Assembly: GCA_050183395.1 (NCBI GenBank)
Contig: JBFXBJ010000001.1
Coordinates: 1-52,563, forward strand
Source: Planctomycetaceae bacterium
Lineage (GTDB): Bacteria > Planctomycetota > Planctomycetia > Planctomycetales > Planctomycetaceae
Direction: 5' to 3'
DNA length: 52,563 nt
Shown here: positions 25,700 through 34,416 of the stretch, in pieces
Position numbering within the stretch: the stretch's first letter is position 1
Layout of the letters: every line of letters starts with the position of its first letter
Made by a program: the position numbers and the translations under genes
Notes under the pieces: model-generated
Told to the model about the DNA's origin: nothing
The model's input: only the letters and a program-made list of their open reading frames with translations
The model's database searches: none

Positions 25700-28198
25700 T
25701 CATTGCCTCATCAACTCACCTGATGTTAAGAGCGAAGACGATGCCGGCTGCGAGGACGTCGTCCCCCACGTCACGCGACTCGCCGCCGTCCCCGGTTCGT
25801 CGTCATAGAACCAATTCGCCAGGAAATGCTCCGCCAGAAAAATGAGCACGGCAGCCGCCAGTATCAGCGGGAACAGTTCGCGCCCCAGATCGGCGATGTT
25901 GATCTCCTCCTGCAATTCATCGATCGAACGGGCCACCTGATAGCGTCCCGCGCCGAAGATCTGAGCCAACTCCTCGGCCGAAACCCGTGTGAAGTCGCTT
26001 TCCCCCGACGGCGGATTTACGCTGAACCCGGACACCACCGTCGCCGATCCGTCGGCCGGCTTGAGATTGTACTGTCCCAGATCGCCCACATCGGGAACGC
26101 TCAGCAGCGACTCGCCCGCCGCAAGTGTCAACCGCGTTTGACGGAATTCCGGCTGCTGCAAGAGGAACGCACGTTCCGCCGGATGTTCGTTCAAACGCAG
26201 GACCGGCAACTCGCCGGCACTGTACGTCAAGCGCACGCCGGAGTCCCGCGCCAGATGCCGGACCATCTCGTCGGCAAACGCCAGAAACGTAAACACCGGA
26301 CCGCTGGGATTGGGGAGCATGTTCCACTCCTGCCAATGAATCCCCTTGATGTCGACGGCGGTGGTCAACATCATCACCCGTCCACGGCCGTACACCCGCT
26401 CCAGCAACGCGGCCGTCTGATCGTCATCGTTGTACTCGATGAGCGTCGCCGCCCCTTCCGCCGGAACTACTTGCCAGAATCGCTCCACGTCGACCGTCTC
26501 CAGCAGACTGAGGTAATCGTCCTGCACCAGCGCCAGCAACATCGGGTGCTGCGGACTTGTCACGCGCAAGTACCGCACACCGGGCGCCGTATGGAGCTGA
26601 GGCGCTCCGGGCAAAAAGACTTGCGGCTGGTCCCCGCCATAGTTCGCGGGGCTGATTGCATCCGAACCGAGAAATACCGCGAGTCCGCCTCCCTTTTCCA
26701 CGAATTGCCCCAGCGCGTACCACTGCTGGTTGTCGAGCGAGGGAACGTTGATCAGACAGATGACGTCGTAATCTGAAAGCTCCACGCGCGCCAGTTCGTC
26801 CGGGCTGCGAACCGCCGTTTTGTAACGCTGCACCTCCAGTGCGGTGTTCCAGGCGTCGGCATGGTTGCCGCGCGGCGCGATCGTCAGCACGCGGATCGGC
26901 GGACGCGACTGAACCGTAAAATACCGGACGTCGTCGAACGGCGCCGGATCGCTGGAGACCAGGCGGACTTCTCCGTGCACAATCGGCGTGGACGTGATCA
27001 CCTGCGGCTTGAACTCCACAATGTGAGGTGTGCCGTCGACCGGGCGGACCGGCTGCTGGTCCACCTTGATCGCGCGGCCCGTGCCGTCATCCAGCAGCAA
27101 TTCGATGTTCTGCTGTTCACCGTCGCCGCCGACTCGGGTGACGGTCGCGCGAATGTACACTTCGCCGCCGATCGCCACGCGCGGGCGCAGCGGACCGGCG
27201 TCAACAATGGCCATGTTGGGCGGATCCGTTTGGCCCACGTCGATCACAAACAGATTGATCGACGCGAGCCGCTCCAGGTCCGCTGCCAATCTCGATGTGC
27301 CGCCGATTCGCCAGGCGGATTTCGCGAGGTCCGTCAGCACATACACGCGCCGCAGGTAACGGTCCCTCCTCCGGTCTTCGGGAATTGCCTCCTGCTCGCT
27401 CAACGTGCGCCGGCGGTCGTCCTCGTGCAGTTTGAGAGCCGCACGGATCCGGTCGTTCAGCGGGAGGCGGAGCGGGCGCGGTTCGCGCGACTCCATCTGC
27501 AGTTTGGCGCCGGCCAGGGTCGACTGAAACAGCATCGGATGATCGCTGCCGACATCGGCCACCGCCACGCGGCTTCCGCCCGGCAGGTCGCTCAAATGAG
27601 CGAGGGCCACCTCGCGGGCGACATCGAGCCGCGTCTGCCCCTCCTGCTGATACTCCATGCTCAGGCTCGTGTCGAACAAAAACACGGCCGCGACGGGAAG
27701 CGTCACGTCGCCCGCCGGAGTCGGCGACTTAAGCTCTGCCGCGATGCGCCGTTGATAGGGCCAGACGACCGTCAGCAGCACCAGCAACACAGCCGCGCCG
27801 ATCGATCGGCTGCGCAGCTGCGACTGCCGCAATTTCAACTCGTGGGCGGCCAGCTCTTTCGACCGCCAGCGAAACGACATGCCGTAGTAGACGGCGACCG
27901 CCGCCGCGATGACGCCCAACAGCGTGAGCGTCTCGCTGAAGCTCAGCGAGTAGTCCGCCGCCGGCACGGACGGACGCGCGATGGCGATCACAAACGCTGC
28001 AATCACCGCCACGCGCAGCAGCAGCAGCAGCAGATGGCGGATCCGCATCCGCCGCACATTTTGTTTTCGACGATTCTGGATTAGCCGCAGGGCCGGGAAC
28101 AGCAGCTTCCTGGGCTTCTGCCTGAGCAGCAGATGCAGGATCACCGGGATCGCGGCCAACCCCAGACCGTACAGAATCGCAGGATGCAATAGAGACAT
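25700..28198 (-). CDS. BatA_N (N-terminal double-transmembrane) domain protein with a VWA-like domain
   Basis: MSLLHPAILYGLGLAAIPVILHLLLRQKPRKLLFPALRLI is the aerotolerance-regulator N-terminal signature. A later FLFDTSLSM MIDAS-like motif and a C-terminal TM helix are also present. Confidence 0.85.
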   Translation of the reverse strand: MSLLHPAILYGLGLAAIPVILHLLLRQKPRKLLFPALRLIQNRRKQNVRRMRIRHLLLLLLRVAVIAAFVIAIARPSVPAADYSLSFSETLTLLGVIAAAVAVYYGMSFRWRSKELAAHELKLRQSQLRSRSIGAAVLLVLLTVVWPYQRRIAAELKSPTPAGDVTLPVAAVFLFDTSLSMEYQQEGQTRLDVAREVALAHLSDLPGGSRVAVADVGSDHPMLFQSTLAGAKLQMESREPRPLRLPLNDRIRAALKLHEDDRRRTLSEQEAIPEDRRRDRYLRRVYVLTDLAKSAWRIGGTSRLAADLERLASINLFVIDVGQTDPPNMAIVDAGPLRPRVAIGGEVYIRATVTRVGGDGEQQNIELLLDDGTGRAIKVDQQPVRPVDGTPHIVEFKPQVITSTPIVHGEVRLVSSDPAPFDDVRYFTVQSRPPIRVLTIAPRGNHADAWNTALEVQRYKTAVRSPDELARVELSDYDVICLINVPSLDNQQWYALGQFVEKGGGLAVFLGSDAISPANYGGDQPQVFLPGAPQLHTAPGVRYLRVTSPQHPMLLALVQDDYLSLLETVDVERFWQVVPAEGAATLIEYNDDDQTAALLERVYGRGRVMMLTTAVDIKGIHWQEWNMLPNPSGPVFTFLAFADEMVRHLARDSGVRLTYSAGELPVLRLNEHPAERAFLLQQPEFRQTRLTLAAGESLLSVPDVGDLGQYNLKPADGSATVVSGFSVNPPSGESDFTRVSAEELAQIFGAGRYQVARSIDELQEEINIADLGRELFPLILAAAVLIFLAEHFLANWFYDDEPGTAASRVTWGTTSSQPASSSLLTSGELMRQ

Positions 28199-28269
28199 GC
28201 GGCTTGGACGAAATTCGATCGGGGGAAACGTCTGGGTATTTTAGGCTGGACCACCCCTCGGAGCTACGC

Positions 28270-28298
28270 TTGACGAACCAAGGACAAGTGTATATATG
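28270..28298 (+). promoter_or_regulatory. candidate promoter (TTGACG-N17-TATATG, or N15-TATATA with TG extension) immediately upstream of the Y-family polymerase start codon
   Basis: TTGACG at 28270-28275. An AT-rich block gtgtatatatgtatac at 28288-28303 ends 3 nt before ATG 28306. There is no room for a Shine-Dalgarno sequence. Confidence 0.4.
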
Positions 28299-28305
28299 TA
28301 TACTC

Positions 28306-29526
28306 ATGAGCGTGGGCTGGCTGTTTGTTGATATGAACGCCTACTTCGCCTCGGTGGAGCAGCAATTGCGGCCCGAGCTGCGTGGGCGGCCGATCGCTGT
28401 GGCTCCCGTCATGACCGATCGGACTTGCTGCATCGCAGCCAGTTATGAGGCGAAACGATTCGGCATCCGCACGGGCACCAATGTGGCCGAGGCACGCCGG
28501 CTCTGCCCAGAGCTGGAAGTCATCGAAGCCCGGCCGGAAACGTATGTCCGTTTTCATCACCGGATTGTGGCGGCTGTGGACTCGGTGCTGCCGGTCGATG
28601 AAGTCTGCTCGATCGACGAAATGGCCTGCCGCCTGGGCAGCGGCCAACAGTCCGAAGAACAGTCCGTCCGGATCGCCCGTGAGGTCAAGCATGCCGTGCG
28701 GGAGCAGGTTGGTGAACATGTCCGCTGTTCCGTCGGACTGGCTCCCAACAAGTTTCTGGCGAAGATTGCCGGCGACATGCAGAAGCCCGACGGATTGACA
28801 CGGTTGGCTCCCCAGGACATTCCGCAAAAACTGTATTCGCTGCAGCTCAACGATCTGACTGGCATCGGGCCCCGGATGCACCAGCGGTTACAGGATCAAG
28901 GTGTACACACGGTTCGGCAACTGTGCGCGCTGGACCGCCGCAGCCTCCGTAAACTTTGGAACAGCGTCATCGGTGAACAGTGGTGGTACCTGCTGCGTGG
29001 ATATGACCTGCCGGTTCCGCGCACCTGTCGGCGGACGCTCGGCCATTCCCATGTGCTGCCTCCCGCCTATCGCACGGATGACGGTGCCAGGGCCGTCCTG
29101 TTGCGGTTGATCCATAAAGGAGCCGCCCGGTTAAGACGTGCCGGCTTCTGGGCGACGCGGTTGACGGTCCGGCTGGCGTTCGTCGGCGGTCAACACGCCT
29201 GGGAGGCATCCGTCCGTTTTCGGCCTTGCCAAGACACGACCACATTCGTCGAGATGTTCGCCGATCTCTGGAAAACCCGGTTTCCGGGGCCGATTCCGCT
29301 GAAGGCCGCGGTGACCTTTTCTCAGCTGATTCCTGCCGGTTCCGTCAGCCGCTCGCTCCTCGTCGAGGATCGCCGTCGACAACAAGTCGCAGAGACGATG
29401 GACGCGGTCAATGAGCGGTTCGGCACCGACTGCCTGTACCTGGCTTCGCTGCACGACGGCCGGAAGACGGCACCGGCCCGCATCGCCTTTCGCCATATTC
29501 CCGATGTGGCGCTCGAAGGACGGTGA
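28306..29526 (+). CDS. Y-family DNA polymerase (UmuC/DinB-like translesion polymerase)
   Basis: WLFVDMNAYFASVEQ (DxN as in UmuC-type enzymes), SYEAKRFGIRTG, CSIDEMA (catalytic DE), and FLAKIAGDMQKPDG. Confidence 0.85.
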   Translation: MSVGWLFVDMNAYFASVEQQLRPELRGRPIAVAPVMTDRTCCIAASYEAKRFGIRTGTNVAEARRLCPELEVIEARPETYVRFHHRIVAAVDSVLPVDEVCSIDEMACRLGSGQQSEEQSVRIAREVKHAVREQVGEHVRCSVGLAPNKFLAKIAGDMQKPDGLTRLAPQDIPQKLYSLQLNDLTGIGPRMHQRLQDQGVHTVRQLCALDRRSLRKLWNSVIGEQWWYLLRGYDLPVPRTCRRTLGHSHVLPPAYRTDDGARAVLLRLIHKGAARLRRAGFWATRLTVRLAFVGGQHAWEASVRFRPCQDTTTFVEMFADLWKTRFPGPIPLKAAVTFSQLIPAGSVSRSLLVEDRRRQQVAETMDAVNERFGTDCLYLASLHDGRKTAPARIAFRHIPDVALEGR

Positions 29527-29531
29527 CTGCC

Positions 29532-32500
29532 TCAGGGAGAGCTGGAGCGGACCGCCGGCTGCCGATTCATCAGCCACAACAGCACCGGCGCGGCGATGTA
29601 GATCGTGCTGTAGGTGCCGACGATGATCCCGACCAACAGGCAATATGCGAACCCGTGAATCCCTTCGCCGCCGATCGCATACAGGATCGCCACCACAATC
29701 AATGTGGTCAACGACGTCAGAATGGTGCGGGACAGCGTCTGGTTGAGACTGGTGTTGATGATCTCGGACGTCATCGCCGGGTTCTTGCCGCGCACCTCCC
29801 GCACGCGGTCGAACACGACGATCGTATCGTTCAGCGAATATCCGACGATCGTCATGAAGGCGGCGATCATCGGCATATTGACTTTGAATTCTTCCAATCC
29901 AAACAAGTTGCCGACGGGATTCCCGCTTAGATAGGCGCCGATGGCGACAGCCCCAACGACGAACAGCACGTCGTGCACAATCGCCGCGGCACAGGCGAGG
30001 CCGAACGTGACCCGCTGAAACCGGAACCACAGGTAGCCCACGATGGCCAGCAGGCTGAAGAACAACGCCATCAACGCATCGACCTGAGTCTCCGTGGCCA
30101 CCGAGGTGTCAAAGGTATTCACCTCTTCGAAGTTGGGCGTGTCGGACAGGTCCGCCTCCAGGAGTCCCAGCGCGGCCCGCAGGTCCTCTTGGGAAACGAC
30201 CGGTGCCGCTTTCAACGTGAATTGGGTTCCCTTGGCCGTCAGGCTGCCCGCATCGGCTGCATTGATCGCCCGCAGCAGGGATTCCGGCTCCTCATATCGG
30301 GAAGCACCGTCGTCCGCCGTCAGTTTGCCGACCGACTCCGCCGTCGCGTCGACGACCGTCTGGGCGTTAATCGGCTCGGAGAACGTCAACGTGACCTCGT
30401 GCCCCCCGGCGAAGGGGTCGCGATCGACATCGGCCGGCGGCTGCGCGCCTTCGGCCGCGTCGGGACCCGGCAGCGGCTGAATCTCGCCCGCGGTGACATG
30501 CTGGCGGACCAATTCATGCCCGGAGGCGGCGAACGCTTTGTTAATCGCATCAGCGAGCTTCCTCGGGTCCTGTTCGACAGTCCGGAGGCGGAACAACGTC
30601 GCCTTGGCGCCGTCGGGACGCACCACTTCCAGTTGCTCCAATGTGATGGATGTGTCGAACTGCTGGTCCAGAGCCGTGCGGACCTCATCCACCGTGGGCG
30701 TGTCCACAAACCGGAATGTGACCATCGACCCGCCGAGGAAATCGATGTCGAGATTATCTTCCCCGCGGGCGAAAAAGCCGCCGATCCCGACGACGATCAG
30801 GACCGCCGATGTGGCAAACGCGAGCTTGGTCTTGCCCAGAAAATCCCAGTTCGTCCGGCCGATGAGCGTGCCCATCTTGACGGATTTGATCCACCGTTTC
30901 CGCTCCAGGATGTCGAAGACCAGGCGTCCCAGATACAGGGCGCTGAACATGCTCATCACGATACCGATGAAGAGCGTCACGGCGAAACCTTTCACCTGGT
31001 CGGTGCCGATCATGTACAGCACGACCGCCGTAATCAGCGTCGTCACGTTGGAGTCGACGATCGCCGTGAACGCGCGGCTGAAGCCGTTATGAATCGACAT
31101 CCGCAGACTGCTCCCCTTGTCCTGCTCTTCACGGATGCGCTCGAAGATCAGCACGTTCGCGTCGACCGCCATGCCGATCGTCAACACGAGGCCCGCCAGC
31201 CCCGGCAACGTAAATGTCGCATCAATGAACGACATGATCCCCAACACCAGAATCAGATTCACCAGCAAACACAAATCCGCTACAGCGCCGGCGACCCAGT
31301 AATACGCCAGCATGAACACGAACACCGCGACCGCCGCGACGACGATCGCCGTCATCCCCTTTTCCTGGACGTCGATGCCCAACAGCGGACTCACGGTGAA
31401 CTCCGAGACCGGTTGCCCCACTAACGGGACCTCAAGTGCTCCGGCGTTGAGCACGTTGATCAGTTCGTTCAGTTCCTTCTGCGAGAACTGTCCTTCAATC
31501 ACGCCGGTCGCGCCGATGATGTCGTTAATCGTCGGCGCCGAATGGATTTCGTTGTTCAGCAGCACGGCCAACCGCGCCTTGTAACCGGCGCCAGTCCGAG
31601 GCTGATACCGCGTCGTCAATCGCCGAAACAGGTTGCCCCCTTCCGTGTTAAATGTAAAGCCGACGCACGGACCGTTCTGGGTCGTCGTCTGATAGGCCCG
31701 CTTCAAGAGCCGCCCGGTGATCCGCTTTGTCGGATCGGGGTCCATCACCACCAGAAACTCGCGCACGGTCCCGCCGTCCGCCGTTTCCACGTCCCGCCAC
31801 TGCACGAGATCTTCGGTGCCGACGTTTTTCATGACCGGTTTGCCGCCGGGAACATCGGGCGGATTGAAGCCGACCCGCTTCCAGGCGGCGCGCACGCGGC
31901 CGCTGGCGTCCCGGACCAGGTCGCTCTCCGTCTTTCCGGCCATTTCGATCAGATTGGCGTGATCCTCCTGATTCGCGAGCATCGCGAACTCCAGCTCGCC
32001 CAGATTCACAATCTTGTCTTTGATCTCCTCAACCTTTTCAGAATCCGCACCGGGGACGATGACCTCGAGCCGATCCTGTCCCACGCGCCGGACGGTCACT
32101 TCCTCGGTTCCGGACGGGTTGATGCGGCGAATAATGGCGCCGACCATCCGGTCCATGATCTCGCCGGTGATCTCTTCCTTCTCGGCTGCAGCGGCCGCCT
32201 CATGATCCACCTGAAACACCATATTCGTGCCGCCGGCCAGATCGATCCCCAGCCGGATCGCGTCCTTCCAGTCCCCTCCTCCGGCGATGCGCGTTACGAA
32301 CGGCGCCAGCCCCAATGACACGGCGAACAGCACCAGACCGATGCGGAAACCAATGTCCTTCAACCGCAACGTCCGTTCCAGCAGGTGGCCGATGGCGAAC
32401 GGCAAGACCAGAATCGCCAGGACAATCAACGCCATGGCCCAACCGGGCAGCCCGATCGGCGCTGAAGACGGTGCAGCCACGGAGGCCACGCCCCCTTCGG

Positions 32501-32540
32501 CTTGAGCGAGCAGGAGAAGATCACACATCGATGGATTCAT
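29532..32540 (-). CDS. secDF: protein translocase subunit SecDF (fused)
   Basis: 1002 aa with a large periplasmic domain (GIDLAGG), two 6-TM bundles, and SecD/SecF motifs (VLTIGMAVDANVLIFERIREE and VGYSLNDTIVVFDRVRE). It lies downstream of yajC. Confidence 0.9.
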   Translation of the reverse strand: MNPSMCDLLLLAQAEGGVASVAAPSSAPIGLPGWAMALIVLAILVLPFAIGHLLERTLRLKDIGFRIGLVLFAVSLGLAPFVTRIAGGGDWKDAIRLGIDLAGGTNMVFQVDHEAAAAAEKEEITGEIMDRMVGAIIRRINPSGTEEVTVRRVGQDRLEVIVPGADSEKVEEIKDKIVNLGELEFAMLANQEDHANLIEMAGKTESDLVRDASGRVRAAWKRVGFNPPDVPGGKPVMKNVGTEDLVQWRDVETADGGTVREFLVVMDPDPTKRITGRLLKRAYQTTTQNGPCVGFTFNTEGGNLFRRLTTRYQPRTGAGYKARLAVLLNNEIHSAPTINDIIGATGVIEGQFSQKELNELINVLNAGALEVPLVGQPVSEFTVSPLLGIDVQEKGMTAIVVAAVAVFVFMLAYYWVAGAVADLCLLVNLILVLGIMSFIDATFTLPGLAGLVLTIGMAVDANVLIFERIREEQDKGSSLRMSIHNGFSRAFTAIVDSNVTTLITAVVLYMIGTDQVKGFAVTLFIGIVMSMFSALYLGRLVFDILERKRWIKSVKMGTLIGRTNWDFLGKTKLAFATSAVLIVVGIGGFFARGEDNLDIDFLGGSMVTFRFVDTPTVDEVRTALDQQFDTSITLEQLEVVRPDGAKATLFRLRTVEQDPRKLADAINKAFAASGHELVRQHVTAGEIQPLPGPDAAEGAQPPADVDRDPFAGGHEVTLTFSEPINAQTVVDATAESVGKLTADDGASRYEEPESLLRAINAADAGSLTAKGTQFTLKAAPVVSQEDLRAALGLLEADLSDTPNFEEVNTFDTSVATETQVDALMALFFSLLAIVGYLWFRFQRVTFGLACAAAIVHDVLFVVGAVAIGAYLSGNPVGNLFGLEEFKVNMPMIAAFMTIVGYSLNDTIVVFDRVREVRGKNPAMTSEIINTSLNQTLSRTILTSLTTLIVVAILYAIGGEGIHGFAYCLLVGIIVGTYSTIYIAAPVLLWLMNRQPAVRSSSP

Positions 32541-32603
32541 GTTGGAAACAGTTCCCTTCCTGAGAACCTGAAACTGAGTCTGTTGAGTTGGCGCCGCAGG
32601 CGG

Positions 32604-33023
32604 CTATTTGTTCTCGGCCTTGTCCTTGACCACGACTTCTCGAATGGCGTCCCGACGCAGCTTGAGGCGGGTGTTGTCATCCACCCGGACCGTCACCTCC
32701 TCGCCGTCTTCCGTGACGTTGACGACAGTTCCCATGATGCCGCCGATTGTCACCACCGGGTCGTTCTTCTTCAGTGCTTTCAACATGTCCTGCCGCTTGG
32801 AACGTTCCTTGTTCTGCGGCTTGAGCACCAGCAGATACCACAGCACCACGATCGGTGCGAAAATCAGCAGCATCTGGAACAACGGATTCGGCGGTTGGCC
32901 GCCGTCAGCAGGCGGCGCGTCGGGCGCTTGTGCCAACAGCAGACAGAACGACGGCCAGAAATCGATCAAGGTCAACAAGCTCCCTGCTCTGAAAGGTCGT
33001 TTGCTCGCAACACGGGCGAGCAT
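32604..33023 (-). CDS. yajC: preprotein translocase subunit YajC
   Basis: FAPIVVLWYLLVLKPQNKERSKRQDMLKALKKNDPVVTIGGIMGTV. The start is uncertain: TTG 32969, downstream of GGGAG, is an alternative. Confidence 0.85.
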   Translation of the reverse strand: MLARVASKRPFRAGSLLTLIDFWPSFCLLLAQAPDAPPADGGQPPNPLFQMLLIFAPIVVLWYLLVLKPQNKERSKRQDMLKALKKNDPVVTIGGIMGTVVNVTEDGEEVTVRVDDNTRLKLRRDAIREVVVKDKAENK

Positions 33024-33209
33024 GACGGATATGGTTCCAGCCGCAGACCGAACTCGGCACGCTCATGTCGGACCCATGGGGATGTCCGGACGCGGGTGTT
33101 CGGGCTGTCACCTGCACCGACCGGCCCCTTGGCTGCACACCAACGCTCCGGGACACCGTTGACCGTGCCGCGGTGCCGGTTCGAGTCGTTCGCTGAATCG
33201 CCGCGTATC

Positions 33210-34322
33210 TTAGGCACCGGCCGATGCGGCGGCAAGGTGAAGGGACCGAAACTCTTGCGCCCGGTTCTCCCCAATCGCGGACCGCAGGTCCCGCAGCAGC
33301 CGCTGGTAATAGGCGATGTTGTGGACCGAGAGCGCCATCGGCCCCAGCATCTCCCCCGAGAGAAACAGATGCCGCAGATAGGCGCGGCTGAACTGAATGC
33401 ACGTGGAGCAATCACAGGCCGGATCGAGCGGCGATTCATCCCGTTGATGCCGGAGATTTCGCATCTTGACCGTCCCGCGGCTGGTAAACGCCGCCGCGTT
33501 GCGAGCGTTCCGGGTCGGCATCACACAGTCGAACAGGTCGATGCCGCGCAGCACCGCCTCGATGATGTCGATCGGACGGCCGACCCCCATCAGGTAGCGG
33601 GGCTTACTGTCCGGCAGCAGCGGGACCGTGAAATCGAGCGTGCGGTACATCTCCGCCGGCGCTTCCCCCACGCTCAGCCCGCCGATCGCGTAGCCCGGAA
33701 AATCGAGGGGCAAAAGGCCCTCTGCCGACCGCTCCCGCATGGCCCGGTCGGTCCCCCCTTGAACAATCCCCCACAACGCCTGATCGTCCCGGCGGTGCGC
33801 TTCCCGGCACCGCGCGGCCCACCGCGTTGTGCGGTCAACCGCTGCTGCGAGCTTCGATCGGTCCGACGGCAGCGGAGGGCACTCGTCCAGACACATGATG
33901 CAGTCCGCCCCCAGCGACTCCTGGATGGCGGTTGCCCGTTCGGGGGACAATTCCAGCAGACTCCCGTCGATGTGCGAACGGAACACCACCTTGTCGTCGT
34001 CGAGCGACCGGAGATCGGCGAGGGAGAAGACCTGGAACCCGCCGCTGTCGGTGAGGATCGGTCCGTCCCAGTTCATGAACCGGTGCAGTCCGCCCAGGTC
34101 CGCGACCACGTCCGCCCCCGGCCGCAGCGCGAGATGATAGGTGTTCGCCAACACCATCTGCGTGCCGACCTGCGCCAGTTGCTCCGGCCAGACCCCTTTG
34201 ACGCTTCCGCGGGTCCCCACCGGCATGAATACCGGCGTCTCGACCGTCCCATGCGGCGTCACCCACCTCCCGGCCCGCGCGGCTGTGCCCTCGTCAGTCG
34301 CATCAATATGAAACTCAAACAT
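33210..34322 (-). CDS. tgt: tRNA-guanine transglycosylase (queuine tRNA-ribosyltransferase)
   Basis: [20 protein letters not shown]...[24 protein letters not shown], and a CDCSTC zinc site. The ORF track start at 34337 is 5 codons upstream. Confidence 0.9.
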   Translation of the reverse strand: MFEFHIDATDEGTAARAGRWVTPHGTVETPVFMPVGTRGSVKGVWPEQLAQVGTQMVLANTYHLALRPGADVVADLGGLHRFMNWDGPILTDSGGFQVFSLADLRSLDDDKVVFRSHIDGSLLELSPERATAIQESLGADCIMCLDECPPLPSDRSKLAAAVDRTTRWAARCREAHRRDDQALWGIVQGGTDRAMRERSAEGLLPLDFPGYAIGGLSVGEAPAEMYRTLDFTVPLLPDSKPRYLMGVGRPIDIIEAVLRGIDLFDCVMPTRNARNAAAFTSRGTVKMRNLRHQRDESPLDPACDCSTCIQFSRAYLRHLFLSGEMLGPMALSVHNIAYYQRLLRDLRSAIGENRAQEFRSLHLAAASAGA

Positions 34323-34416
34323 TCGCAGCGCAATCATTCCGACTGGGAGTCCAAAGGACAGCGTTTACGTCTCGGAGTCCCCCCAGGGTGGCGCGGCTGC
34401 GCCGCTGACCCCTTCA

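Noticed and set aside
28016-28033. A (CAG)6 trinucleotide repeat on the plus strand, considered as a possible phase-variation tract.
   Set aside because: It encodes the LLLLLL core of a transmembrane helix on the minus strand. Slippage would be in frame, and six units is short. There is no evidence of variability from a single sequence.
32480-33000. A shared Cys-x-LLLAQA motif near the N-termini of both YajC (FCLLLAQAPD) and SecDF (MCDLLLLAQAEGG).
   Set aside because: The match is only 6-7 residues of low-complexity hydrophobic sequence. Both start codons are uncertain, so it may not even be translated in one of them.
33170-33200. A GGTTCGAGTC T-loop-like motif in the tgt-yajC spacer that might indicate a tRNA.
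   Set aside because: The flanking bases cannot form a T-stem (gccgg / cgttc), and no acceptor or anticodon arms can be drawn around it.
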